A stretch of 64,000 nt of DNA from Candidatus Aminicenantes bacterium (GCA_963770755.1 CAVYQZ010000009.1:209195-273194); one strand, 5' to 3'; shown: positions 38,673 to 48,749, numbered from the stretch's first letter. The notes: a model not told the origin generated them from the sequence alone. A program made the numbers and translations.

Positions 38673-38766
38673 ATTAAAGCCCTGCATTTTCCAGTTTATG
38701 GTTCTCTTTGTTATTCCCTCACTCCTCCCTCTGCCTTTCCCTCGCTCTTCCCTCATTCTTCCCTTT
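38617..38766. repeat. Low-complexity inverted repeat: purine-rich arm of (N3-4 GGGAAG)n (38617-38670), ~43-bp spacer, pyrimidine-rich (CTTCCCT N4)n arm (38714-38766)
   Basis: Arms are approximate reverse complements. A second copy of the same element lies at 59127-59266. Confidence 0.8.
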
Positions 38767-38819
38767 AGCCATATTTGACTCAGCTTCATGTTTGGCATAA
38801 AATTCATGTAGGGGCCCAA

Positions 38820-40323
38820 ATGAAACGCTGGACGATATTTTTTCTTTTGCTCCTGCCGGCTTTTTTAACGGCATCCGACAACGTCCGGCCCTACCTGAAC
38901 ACCGGGCCCTGGTATCCCGCCGACCCGCAGAAACTGCAAAAGATGCTCCAGGATTTTTTCGAGCAAGCACCACTCCCGGAAAAGAAGACAACCGTCCGCG
39001 GCCTGATCGCCCCCCACGCCGGTTTTACATATTCGGGCCGCTGCGCCGCCCGCGCCTACCGTTCTTTGAGTGCGGAGCAGGGCATCCGGCGGGTCATCCT
39101 GCTCGGTCCCTCGCACCGCTCCGGTTTCTACGGCGCCTGCGTTTCCGACTATACGGCCTACGCTACGCCGCTGGGCTCTGTCCCGGTCGACACCGCCATC
39201 TGCCGGGCCCTGGCCGCAAAAAAGCTTTTCAGCCATGACCGCGACACCATGCGTTTCGAGCATGCCCTGGAAAACCAGCTGCCTTTTCTTCAGAAAGTAC
39301 TGGGCAACACCCAGTACAAGATCGTTCCCATCATTTTCGGCAGCTTGGGAAAAAAAGATTTTTCAGCCATGGCCGCAACCATTGCCCCATTCATCGATGA
39401 GCGGACCCTGGTCGTGGCTTCGAGCGACCTGACCCATTACGGCGAAAACTTTTCATACACGCCCTTCAAGGCCGACCTGAAGAACAGACTGACCGCCCTC
39501 GATACGGGTTTCATCGACACGATACGCGGGCTCGATTTCGAAAATTACTGGCGCTACCACGAAAAAACCGGCATCACGGCCTGTGGATTCGTGCCCATCG
39601 GCATCATGATCACGCTGTTCGCCGGGAAGGACATCAGCGTATCTCTATCCGACTACAGCAAGTCCGGGGACCTGAACAACGATTATACGACCAGCGTCAG
39701 TTACGCGTCGCTGCTTTTCAACGCCCCGGGCCGGCCGTTGACCGGTCCGATCGGCTTGAACCGCACGGAACAGAAGCTGCTGCTCGGCATGGCCCGTTCC
39801 AGCCTGGACTCATACCTTTGCCGGCAAGCGGCCGCCGCCGCAAAATGAAAGCCGTTTTTCGGCTTTCCCCAAGCTCCGGAAAACCCTGGGTGTATTCGTC
39901 ACCCTGAGAAAAAACGGCGAACTGCGCGGCTGCATCGGCAGCATTATCGGCATGGAACCTCTCTTCCGCGGCGTCATGGCCAACGCCATCCACGCCGCCT
40001 TCGACGATCCCCGCTTCCCGCCGCTGCAAAAAAACGAACTGGCCGGGGTGGACATCGAGATATCGGTGATGACGGCGCTGCGGCCGGTCAATGATTATCA
40101 CGCCATCCGCCTGGGGACCGATGGCGTAGTCATCCGCGACGGGCGCGCCCAGGCCGTTTTTCTGCCCCAGGTGGCCACCGAAACCGGCTGGTCCCTGGAG
40201 CAATTCCTGGGCAGCCTGTGTCTCAAAGCCGGCTTGGCGCGCGATGCCTACCGCTTTTCCAACTCCATGCAGTTCCTTGTTTTCCAGGCCCAGGTGTTCG
40301 GCGAGGAGAATTTTAAAAAATGA
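38820..40323 (+). CDS. AmmeMemoRadiSam system Memo-like (protein B) fused to an AMMECR1 domain (protein A); apparent +1 frameshift near 39830-39850 in a GCC-repeat tract
   Basis: Sec-type signal (MKRWTIFFLLLLPAFLTA) and Memo core. The AMMECR1 N-terminal helix (EQKLLLGMARSSLDSYL) is in the Memo frame; the remainder (GVFVTLRKNGELRGCIGS…) continues in the +1 frame with no start codon of its own. Confidence 0.6.
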
Positions 40324-41447
40324 AAATCGCCCGCCGCTGCAGCCGCCGCTCTTTTCTGCAAACCGCCGCCAAAACCGCGCTAGCCGTTCCGGTCCTGCTG
40401 CAGGGGGCGCGTCTCGGGGCCGCGCCGGCAACCCTTCCCAAGGCCAGTGAGGCCATGTTTTACGAAAAATTGCCCGCTAAAAAAGTGCGCTGCCTGCTCT
40501 GCCCCAACGAATGCCGGGTGGCCGACGGACAACGGGGCGACTGCGGCGTGCGCGAAAACCGCGCCGGCGTCCTGCATACGCTGGTGTACGGCCAGCCTTG
40601 CGCCGTCCACGTCGACCCCATTGAAAAAAAACCATTGTTTCATTACCTTCCCGGCAGCCAGGCCTATTCACTGGCCACGGCCGGCTGTAACTTCAACTGC
40701 CGTTTTTGCCAGAATTGGGAAATTTCCCAACGCCGGCCCGAACAGGTCCGGGCCATCACGCTGCCGCCCGAAGCGGTCATCCGCCAAGCCCGGAATCTCG
40801 ATTGCCCGGTCATCGCCCACACCTATGGTGAACCGGTGGTCTTTTATGAATACATGCGCGCCTGCGCAGCTCTGGGCAAGGAAAAAGGCATCCCCAACGT
40901 CATGATCTCCAACGGCTTCATCCAAAAAAAGCCGCTGCAGGAACTCTGCCATCTGCTGGGCGCGGTCAAGATCGACCTCAAGGCGTTCACGGAAGATTTT
41001 TACCGCGAGCAATGCGGCGGCGAGCTGCAGCCGGTGCTGGACACCCTGCTCACCCTGCGCAGCGAGAATATCTGGTTCGAGATCGTGGTGCTGTTGATCC
41101 CCGGCCTGAACGACGGCCGCAGTGAAATCGAACGCATGTGCCGCTGGATGCGCCGTGAACTGGGGCCCGACGTGCCCTTGCATTTTTCGCGCTTCACCCC
41201 CAGCTACATGATGAAGAACATTCCGCCCACGCCGCCCGAAACCCTGCACATGGCGAGGAAAATAGCCCAAAACGCCGGCATCACGTTCTGCTATATCGGC
41301 AATCTGCTGTCCGATGCCGGGAACACCTATTGCCCGGGCTGCGGCAAGCTGCTGATCCGCCGCCTGCTGTACAGCGTTGAAAAACCGGGGCTGCAGGGCA
41401 ATCGCTGCAAGTTCTGCCAGACCGTCATCCCCGGCGTTTTCAGCTGA
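40320..41447 (+). CDS. AmmeMemoRadiSam system radical SAM enzyme with an N-terminal twin-arginine (Tat) signal
   Basis: SRRSFLQTAAKTALA Tat motif; CNFNCRFC radical-SAM cluster; C-terminal Cys pairs; ATGA overlap with the upstream gene. Confidence 0.75.
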   Translation: MKIARRCSRRSFLQTAAKTALAVPVLLQGARLGAAPATLPKASEAMFYEKLPAKKVRCLLCPNECRVADGQRGDCGVRENRAGVLHTLVYGQPCAVHVDPIEKKPLFHYLPGSQAYSLATAGCNFNCRFCQNWEISQRRPEQVRAITLPPEAVIRQARNLDCPVIAHTYGEPVVFYEYMRACAALGKEKGIPNVMISNGFIQKKPLQELCHLLGAVKIDLKAFTEDFYREQCGGELQPVLDTLLTLRSENIWFEIVVLLIPGLNDGRSEIERMCRWMRRELGPDVPLHFSRFTPSYMMKNIPPTPPETLHMARKIAQNAGITFCYIGNLLSDAGNTYCPGCGKLLIRRLLYSVEKPGLQGNRCKFCQTVIPGVFS

Positions 41448-41553
41448 AACCCGGGGGCCCGGATCTTTTATTTCAAGGTGATTTATTATATAATAAATTT
41501 TTAATGCCGATTCCTGCATAATTGCCGCAAATCAATTTAAAGAGTACAGGTAA

Positions 41554-43221
41554 ATGACTGAAAAAATATTGATCCGTGACCTGACCCTCCGCGACGGGCA
41601 GCAATCCCAGCTGGCCACGCGCATGAACCAGTCCCAGGTGGACCGCCTGCTGCCTTTGTACCGCCAGGCCGGGTTCTACGCCATGGAGGTCTGGGGCGGC
41701 GCTGTTCCCGATTCGGTGATGCGCTACCTGGACGAGAACCCGTGGCAAAGGCTGGAAAAAATCAAGGAAGCCATGGGACCGGTCTCCAGGTTGACCGCCC
41801 TGTCGCGGGGACGGAACCTGTTCGGATACAACCCGTATCCCGATGAAGTGATCGAAGGATTCTGCCGCAACGCCGTCCAGTCCGGGATCGATATCATGCG
41901 AGTTTTCGATGCCCTGAATGACGTCGACAACATGAAGTCGACCATCCGCTTCGTCAAGGAAAACAAGGGCAGTGCCGATTGCGCCGTTTGCTATACCGTG
42001 GATCCCAAGTTTACCTGGCTGCACAGGCTCAAGGCACTGCTCCAGGGCAAAGCGCTTCCCCGACAAATTTTTAACGTCGACTATTTCGTCACCAAGGCCG
42101 GGCAACTGGCCGACCTGGGCGCCGACATGATTACCATCAAGGACATGGCCGGTCTGCTCGATCCGGCCACCTGCGCTGAATTGATTCGCGCCCTCAAGAA
42201 AAACATTGACATTCCCATCAATCTCCACACCCACTGCACGCCCGGCTTCGGTCTGGCCTCGCTGTTGACAGCCATGGTCAACGGCGTCGATATCGTCGAC
42301 ACCGTGATCCTGAACTTTTCAGGCGGACCGGCCGCGCCGGCCTTTGAACTCATCCAGCTTTTCGCCGACAAGCTCGGCCTGGAAACCGGAGTCGACCGCC
42401 CGGCCGTCGCCCGGATCAATCGCTTGCTGCTGGAGATTCGCCACGAGCTGGCCCCGTTCGACCAGTACAAGATGTTTCCGCGGCCGTTCGACATCGCCAC
42501 GGACAAGCTGCCCGCCGAGATCGACATCCTGTTCGACCAGGCCATTGACGCGGTCCGGGACGGACGCAGCGCCGAACTGCTTCAGCACACCCAGGCCATT
42601 GAAAAATATTTCAACTTCCCGGCTCCCGACGATATCGTCCGTGTCGCCCAGATCCCCGGCGGCATGTACACCAATATGATGGCCCAGCTGCAGCAGGCCA
42701 AGCTGGAACATTTGAAGGAAAAGGTGCTGCAGACGGTGCCGCGCGTGCGCCTCGACGCCGGCGTGCCGCCCCTGGTCACCCCGACCAGCCAGATCGTCGG
42801 CGTACAGGCCGTCAACTGTGTCATCGACAACGCCAAGGGCAAGCCTTTCTACACCACCAAGTCCACCCAGTTCATCAACCTGGTCAAGGGCACCTACGGC
42901 AAGACCCCGGTCAAAATCAAAGCGGCGTTCCGGGAAAAGATCACCGGCACGCGCCTGGAAACTCCATACGACTCCGGCGACTACCGGAAACCGGATAACC
43001 CGATCCTGGCGGAACTGGGCGGCGTACACCTGGCCAAGGACGAAAAAGAAATGCTGCTGCTCGAACTCTTCCCAAACGTGGCCCATACCTTTCTGAAAAA
43101 GCTGCGCGAAAAGGAATTCCTGGCCGCCGGCAGCAAAGAGACCAAGCCCGAGGAGCCCAGCCCCGGCAGGACAAGATGTGGGAGAGCCTCTGGCGGATTA
43201 CGCGTGACTGAATATTCGTGA
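41554..43221 (+). CDS. Carboxyltransferase (5S) subunit of the oxaloacetate decarboxylase alpha / pyruvate carboxylase subunit B / transcarboxylase family, lacking a biotinyl domain
   Basis: LRDGQQS…MEVWGGA HMGL-like TIM barrel plus PYC_OADA region; no EAMKM biotinylation motif at the C-terminus. Confidence 0.75.
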   Translation: MTEKILIRDLTLRDGQQSQLATRMNQSQVDRLLPLYRQAGFYAMEVWGGAVPDSVMRYLDENPWQRLEKIKEAMGPVSRLTALSRGRNLFGYNPYPDEVIEGFCRNAVQSGIDIMRVFDALNDVDNMKSTIRFVKENKGSADCAVCYTVDPKFTWLHRLKALLQGKALPRQIFNVDYFVTKAGQLADLGADMITIKDMAGLLDPATCAELIRALKKNIDIPINLHTHCTPGFGLASLLTAMVNGVDIVDTVILNFSGGPAAPAFELIQLFADKLGLETGVDRPAVARINRLLLEIRHELAPFDQYKMFPRPFDIATDKLPAEIDILFDQAIDAVRDGRSAELLQHTQAIEKYFNFPAPDDIVRVAQIPGGMYTNMMAQLQQAKLEHLKEKVLQTVPRVRLDAGVPPLVTPTSQIVGVQAVNCVIDNAKGKPFYTTKSTQFINLVKGTYGKTPVKIKAAFREKITGTRLETPYDSGDYRKPDNPILAELGGVHLAKDEKEMLLLELFPNVAHTFLKKLREKEFLAAGSKETKPEEPSPGRTRCGRASGGLRVTEYS

Positions 43222-43253
43222 CGCGTAACACGTGACCGAGACAAGAAGAAATA

Positions 43254-43420
43254 AATTCCAAGCACCAAATTCCAAATAACGAATAAAATTCAAATCCCAA
43301 ACCCCAATTACCAAAACGAAATCCTTTGCAGTGGAATTTTCTTCGTTTGGGTCATTTGAACATTGGTGCTTGGAACTTATTTGTGATTTGGTGCTTGGTT
43401 TTTGGTGCTTTATTGTTTAA
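43254..43420. repeat. Low-complexity inverted repeat: CA-rich arm (ccaagcaccaaat-type units), ~20-bp spacer, TG-rich arm (tttggtgcttgg units); followed by a GGGAGGG-loop-CCCTCCC hairpin at 43459-43479
   Basis: Arms are approximate reverse complements. The element sits between convergent genes. Confidence 0.7.
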
Positions 43421-43495
43421 ATGTGCGGGCGGGTTTTAATCTTTTTATTTTTAAGTACGGGAGGGTTTTAAACCCTCCCCTACATTTCCTTTGGC

Positions 43496-44641
43496 TTATA
43501 TCTTTTCTATCCGTTGCTTATAGACGACTCCCCGCTCGGCCAGCTCCTTGAGCAGGAACTCCACGCATTCGGGTTGTTCGCCGATGAATTCCGGGGCGAT
43601 GATCCCCTGGCGGCTGAACAAACCGCTGCTGACCATCCTCAAGGCGGCGGTGGCCGTGTAGCCCGTGGTGCGGGCCATGGAATGGACATTACTGGCGCTG
43701 TCAAAGCGGTCGAACAGGTCATAGACGTAGCGGACCTTTTCACCCCCCTGCTCACCCTCGACGCTGACCTGCATCACCGTGATGTCGGTCTCTCCCGGCT
43801 GCAGCTTCCACAACGGGAAAAGCAGCCTGGCGGTGAAGTCCAGGGGACGGATGCGCACGCCGTTGACCTCCAGCGGTTCCTGGCTGAAAAAGCCGGTTTC
43901 GCGCAGGACCGCGATCTTTTCGATATGGCCGGGGTAGCGCAGGGTCTTTTCCTTCATGTTGGGAATATCGAGAGTGCGGGCCAATGTGCGCAGGCCGTCG
44001 CTGTTGAAAGCGACCAGGGTGGATATCCCGGGCAGGTTCAGATATTCGGAGTCGGAAAGGGCGGGGCGCACCACCATCTTGCCGTTCTCCACGTAACGGG
44101 CCGGACGGATGTATTCCTCGATCACGTCCAGGGGCGAAAAAACCGCCTTGTATTCGTAGGGCCAAACACGCATCTCGGGCAGGCCGCCGACGTAGATCAG
44201 GACGGAATTCGTTTTATCCAGCAGGTGATGGACGTGGCCGACCAGGACATTGCTCATGCCCGGGGCCACCCCGCAATCGACAATGGCGGTCACGCCGTTA
44301 TTTTTCGCCAGCTCATCCAGTGGAAAAGGGTCCTCGGAGAAAAAGGCGATATCGATCACGTTTTTCCCCGCTTCGATCACCGCCTTCAGGGTCTGGAAAC
44401 CCAGAAAACCGGGGACAGCGTTGATCACCATGTCCTGGCCGGAGACCAGTTCCCTGACCCTGGCCACATCGGCCAGGTCGGCCTGCAACACCGTGATGCC
44501 CGGTTGCTCCTGATATTTTTTCAGTGCTTCGCGGCTGATGTCAACGACACTGACGGCAAATTCCCGGTCCTGCGCCAGGTCCATGGCCATGGGGCCGCCG
44601 ACCAGACCCGAACCCAAAACAATTACTTTCTTTTGCTTCAT
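43496..44641 (-). CDS. Saccharopine dehydrogenase family NAD(P)-binding protein
   Basis: N-terminal VIVLGSGLVG Rossmann motif and family-typical length (381 aa). Confidence 0.65.
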   Translation of the reverse strand: MKQKKVIVLGSGLVGGPMAMDLAQDREFAVSVVDISREALKKYQEQPGITVLQADLADVARVRELVSGQDMVINAVPGFLGFQTLKAVIEAGKNVIDIAFFSEDPFPLDELAKNNGVTAIVDCGVAPGMSNVLVGHVHHLLDKTNSVLIYVGGLPEMRVWPYEYKAVFSPLDVIEEYIRPARYVENGKMVVRPALSDSEYLNLPGISTLVAFNSDGLRTLARTLDIPNMKEKTLRYPGHIEKIAVLRETGFFSQEPLEVNGVRIRPLDFTARLLFPLWKLQPGETDITVMQVSVEGEQGGEKVRYVYDLFDRFDSASNVHSMARTTGYTATAALRMVSSGLFSRQGIIAPEFIGEQPECVEFLLKELAERGVVYKQRIEKI

Positions 44642-44882
44642 TTATTCTCCTTCCATAGTGCAACGATCTGAAATTCAACAAGCAGGACCGCCATCGGTTT
44701 GAAAGGCGATTACAGGCCGCTGAAACGGTTCAAAAAAGCGACCACGACGCTGTGTCGGCTGTGGGTCATCATGGATCCATTGTACCCCGGGAGGAAAAAG
44801 TTGTAAACATCCGGCCCGCGAGCTTTCTGCGTTGACGGCAATGACGAAATATAATACAATAGCCCTTTCCTTCAACCCGCGG

Positions 44883-44956
44883 GCCGAAGTAGCTCAGTTG
44901 GTAGAGCAATTGATTCGTAATCAATAGGTCGGGAGTTCAAATCTCCCCTTCGGCTT
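44883..44956 (+). tRNA. tRNA-Thr (anticodon CGU)
   Basis: Cloverleaf: acceptor GCCGAAG/CTTCGGC, D-arm GCTCAGTTGGTAGAGC, anticodon loop TTCGTAA, T-arm GGGAGTTCAAATCTCCC; CCA not encoded. Confidence 0.85.
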
Positions 44957-45027
44957 CTTCCCATCAGGGTTTACCTCAAGTGTACTTCAACTATTCAGAT
45001 GACAATCCCCTATTTCACAGGATTTCT

Positions 45028-45588
45028 TTATTCGTCAACAGTCAGGTTCCCAGCCCTGCAACCTCTCCTCGGTAAAAGACCTCGCTCCAGCAAGACATGC
45101 GCAATGGCGTCTCGATAAGCCGAATATAGTTTATCAGGTAGGTCAATATAAAGTTTGTCAAGTCCTTTTCCATCCCCCTTGAAGCCCTTTCGTATCTCTT
45201 CATCGGATAAATCTTTCAGGGCAACTCGCATCTCGGCTAAGTTTTTTTCATTGTAAGGGGACTGAATATTTTTTAGGGCATCCTCCCGAGAGAAATGAAA
45301 TATTCTGTCTTTCTGAGATAATGCAAACTCTAAAACCTTGCGGATACCTGCATCTTCATAAGAAATTTGCAACTCTCGATGAATCGCGCCAAGAAGAAAA
45401 GGAGCCACTGTGCAAATCAACCGTGTTTCTTTTGTCCAATCGTTTACGACCGTGATGAGAACATAGTTTGGTGCAGTCGAATTATTTTCAATGGCTCTCA
45501 CATAGAGTTCGTAAGCATCGGGTTCAGCAGCATTCGCATATACTGACATCAGAATCAGAATCCCAATGCTGATTCTTATTCTATTCAT
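45028..45588 (-). CDS. Hypothetical secreted protein (AT-rich island)
   Basis: Signal peptide (MNRIRISIGILILMSVYANA) preceded by a GGAGG RBS; no domain recognised. Confidence 0.5.
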   Translation of the reverse strand: MNRIRISIGILILMSVYANAAEPDAYELYVRAIENNSTAPNYVLITVVNDWTKETRLICTVAPFLLGAIHRELQISYEDAGIRKVLEFALSQKDRIFHFSREDALKNIQSPYNEKNLAEMRVALKDLSDEEIRKGFKGDGKGLDKLYIDLPDKLYSAYRDAIAHVLLERGLLPRRGCRAGNLTVDE

Positions 45589-45725
45589 TTTATTCCTCCA
45601 CCCATTCCAATTCATCAAGCAGAACAAATTCACCGCCGCAATCACACTTATAATTTTTATCTCTATTTTTTTCTTTCGCACGTTTCAAACATATCATAAC
45701 CTCTGGTCCGGAAAAAATACGACGT

Positions 45726-45992
45726 TTAAAAAACAATTTGTCCTGCATAAATCACAAAAAATGTAAGCAATCCAAACCAAAAGGCTTCCAACAATCCATA
45801 TTCTAAAAATGCCCCCCAAGTTATTGGGTCAAACCAAGCAATAGCAATTTTACTAAAACCAATTTTTATTTTAATAGCCCCAACAATAAAAATCAAGCCA
45901 GCAAAAATGAATGGCCGCCAAATTTTCTTGTAAGCATTCTTTTTACTTTGTCTAATTTTCTTTACTTCTTCTTCATTCTTGTATTTCCACAT
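45726..45992 (-). CDS. Small hypothetical membrane protein
   Basis: 88 aa with two predicted TM helices. Confidence 0.35.
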   Translation of the reverse strand: MWKYKNEEEVKKIRQSKKNAYKKIWRPFIFAGLIFIVGAIKIKIGFSKIAIAWFDPITWGAFLEYGLLEAFWFGLLTFFVIYAGQIVF

Positions 45993-46168
45993 ACTTCCCC
46001 CACTTATGGAAAATCACCAACCACAATCATTCTGAGGTTCTTGCCCTGAGATGTCAAACTTGGCTGCAATTGAAGCAGGTGATTACTGTAGCGGAAAGAG
46101 GTCGAAAAACGTCGTTTATACCATTGAAAGCATGAACTAATAAGGGTTTCCGTTGTTTAGTCTATTTG

Positions 46169-46440
46169 TTCGTAATCAATAGGTCGGGATATTGCCACTT
46201 TGATTTTTCGAGGACTAGGATTTCTGGAAAATCAACTAGTGGCAATATGGCACTCTGATTTTCAAAGGATTTTTAGATCTGGAAAATCAGCTAGTGCCAA
46301 TATACCATCACTGGATGCGTTTCCAGCTTTCCGAACTTGGAAACGCATAGTGATGGTAACACTAGATGCGTTTCTGATTTACCGGCTGTGAAACGCATAG
46401 TGTTGCTATTCAAATCTCCCCTTCGGCTTCTCTTTCCCAC
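46169..46440 (+). repeat. Direct repeat of the 3' portion of tRNA-Thr (46169-46189 and 46409-46440), interrupted by four bulged hairpin elements (46190-46408) of the 21784/23526 family
   Basis: ttcgtaatcaataggtcggga and ttcaaatctccccttcggcttc match the tRNA at 44883-44956. Between them lie four ~50-nt palindromes of the same bulged-hairpin family; the two most distal carry CACTNGATG…CATAGTG-type arms. Confidence 0.8.
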
Positions 46441-46897
46441 CTTGCTTTTCCATTATCCATCAATGTTTTCGATGTTTTTCATATCTGTGACCATGAGTGA
46501 CTGGAACTACCCGAAACACCCCAAAATTGAGAATAACATAACACAATTTTGACACAGTGAAATTTCGGATTTAACGATTAGAAAGTGAAGCTCATGAAAA
46601 AGTCTTTTAAATCAGGCTAAGCAGATCGTCCTTGTTGAGAGCGGGCTATTCGCCGATGGTGACCGTTTTCTGGCAAGCGTCGCTGCCGTTGCTGTTAAAT
46701 AATACAAAATCCCCCATTATTAATTTGTCCCTGTACGACCGCTGTATACATGCAATAAATCTTAATTAAATCAACACTCATTTCCAGTTCCAAACAAATA
46801 ATGTCACATAATTCTCTATTTTAATTTACTCATTTTATTGATAAAGATAGCAAAACCGAACAGCTTTTCAGAAAAGCATACGGTCAAGGGAGAGAAC

Positions 46898-47251
46898 ATG
46901 GCTGATAACGTGCAATTTAGTTTAAGCGGCAAGGCCGAGAAATACCAAGGAGAAATCACCGGGAGCGGGAGCTTAAAATTAGAAACTGATGCCGCTTCAT
47001 TTTGCTTCAAAATGGATTACAAATCCAAGGACAAAGTGATCCTCACCCTTTCCGGAACACAGGGAATAACTTTATCAGCCAGCAGCAAGCTGAAATTTTC
47101 GGAAAGCATTGCCAAGAATCTGATCAACAACACATGGGAGGGGAAATACACCATTAAGCTTGAGATAAACAAGACAATTGCAGCCCAGCTCAACCAGGAA
47201 TTTTTAAAAGCCGGTCCGAAAACCAGCGCCGAGATCATTATAAAATTTTAA
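46898..47251 (+). CDS. Hypothetical protein
   Basis: ATG at 46898 with an AAGGGAGAG RBS; AT-rich island. Confidence 0.4.
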   Translation: MADNVQFSLSGKAEKYQGEITGSGSLKLETDAASFCFKMDYKSKDKVILTLSGTQGITLSASSKLKFSESIAKNLINNTWEGKYTIKLEINKTIAAQLNQEFLKAGPKTSAEIIIKF

Positions 47252-47284
47252 AATGAAGATTTCGATTACACGTAAGGGGGAATC

Positions 47285-48065
47285 ATGTCAGTAAAAATAC
47301 ATAACAAAATGCCGTTAATGCTTGCGCTAATTTTCCTGATTACCTGGCCGGGAAGTATTTTATGCTTCTCTTCCGGGCAAAGTGAATATGTCCCGGATAA
47401 AGAATTGACGGCAAAACTGAATGAATTCAGGTTCCTGCGCGAAAACGACCATTTCATTGAACGCCCTGCAGAAGGGATATGACGCGGTCCACAACGAAAA
47501 CATTTTCGCCAACGCCAATTATGGCGCGCAGGAATCGCTGATCTTCGAGGTGGCGATCTTCCATCTGGAATATATCGACAAAATCAGAAATGCTGACCAA
47601 GCCAGGCGTTGCGCCGAAAAAGCGGCCGCCTTATGGAATAAATATATTAATTGGTTTTCCCAACTATCGGAAGAGCAGCGCTCATCCATGCATGGATCCC
47701 ATATCCGCATCTACATGGCGGTTGTCCATCTGGGCAATTCACTACTTCGCCAAGGTGATCTTTCTCAGTTATTTGACTGCTATGCAAACATGGCCGCCGA
47801 CAACCTGCATTATTTTGGCACAACTGCAATGTCGGTATGGAAGAAAGGTCTCTACGGCTGTCCGGATGGAAATTTATCAAGACCTCATACGGAAACCAAT
47901 AGAAGAAACAGCATTAAGCATGGCTGTGATGAACATTGGAATAATTATGCGGCAACCCTCGGGGATTGGCTCCTGATCGCGCCGCTGCAAAACAGCGCCA
48001 AAATCGCCTATGGGCGAGAAATCGAACAAATTGCAAGAGAAATTAAAAATCTCGGCGGTGAATGA
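47285..48065 (+). CDS. Hypothetical protein with an N-terminal lipoprotein-like signal; two overlapping frames (47285..47482 and 47421..48065) suggest a frameshift
   Basis: A signal-peptide ORF and a 214-aa ORF overlap out of frame. Confidence 0.35.
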
Positions 48066-48089
48066 TGAAATCTTTGCTTGCGGCATTGA

Positions 48090-48749
48090 GTGTCTGTCTT
48101 TTTATTCCATTTCATGGCTCACGCGCAGAATCCGGCGGACAGCGCGGCCCAAGGCGAAGCCCTGAAGTATTTGTACGTGCAACCCGAAATCAAGGTAAAT
48201 GTTCAGCAGACGGACCGGGTAATCACCAGTCCGTTGTGCATTTCGGCGCACATCACCAACCTGACCGACTCCAACATGTCGCTGGTCGGGGCGCAGGTCG
48301 ATTTTCCGGAAATGGACATCGGCAGGGAGACGGGCAATCCCGTCGACCTTGTTTTCAGCAACACTGAAGACCTGGATTCGGGCAGCGCTATCATCGGCAA
48401 GGCCCGCTTCGCTGCCGCGAAATCTCACTGGTATTTCCCATTTTCAAATCCGAGACTGCTTTTTTTCAAGCCCGCCGAATACGAGGCCAGGGTCATCATC
48501 ACCTACAAGGTGTTTGACCGCAACCAAACCATGATCGAGGAAAAAGTGAAGGTCACGTTGGAGCCGCCGCTCAGTTCGATATTGTGGGGCAGCATTCTGG
48601 GCTCACTGCTTCTGGCCCTTTACATCGCCCTGTATAAGCGCAGTAAGGAAAACCTGCCCTGGAAAACAACGTTGTCCCGTTTCGCTGCGGTTTCCCTGAC
48701 CGGGATCGTCAGCGCCAGAGAGCCTCCAGGGGTCAGGTCTCAATTGTAA
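48090..48749 (+). CDS. Hypothetical protein with a C-terminal TM anchor
   Basis: 219-aa ORF. The alternative upstream frame (48062..) encodes a signal peptide, so a frameshift is possible. Confidence 0.4.
   Translation: MSVFLFHFMAHAQNPADSAAQGEALKYLYVQPEIKVNVQQTDRVITSPLCISAHITNLTDSNMSLVGAQVDFPEMDIGRETGNPVDLVFSNTEDLDSGSAIIGKARFAAAKSHWYFPFSNPRLLFFKPAEYEARVIITYKVFDRNQTMIEEKVKVTLEPPLSSILWGSILGSLLLALYIALYKRSKENLPWKTTLSRFAAVSLTGIVSAREPPGVRSQL

Noticed and set aside
43459-43479. GGGAGGG–loop–CCCTCCC hairpin as an intrinsic terminator
   Set aside because: A stable stem, but the U-tract is on the wrong side for both flanking transcripts, so its terminator function is doubtful. It is noted only as part of the repeat region.
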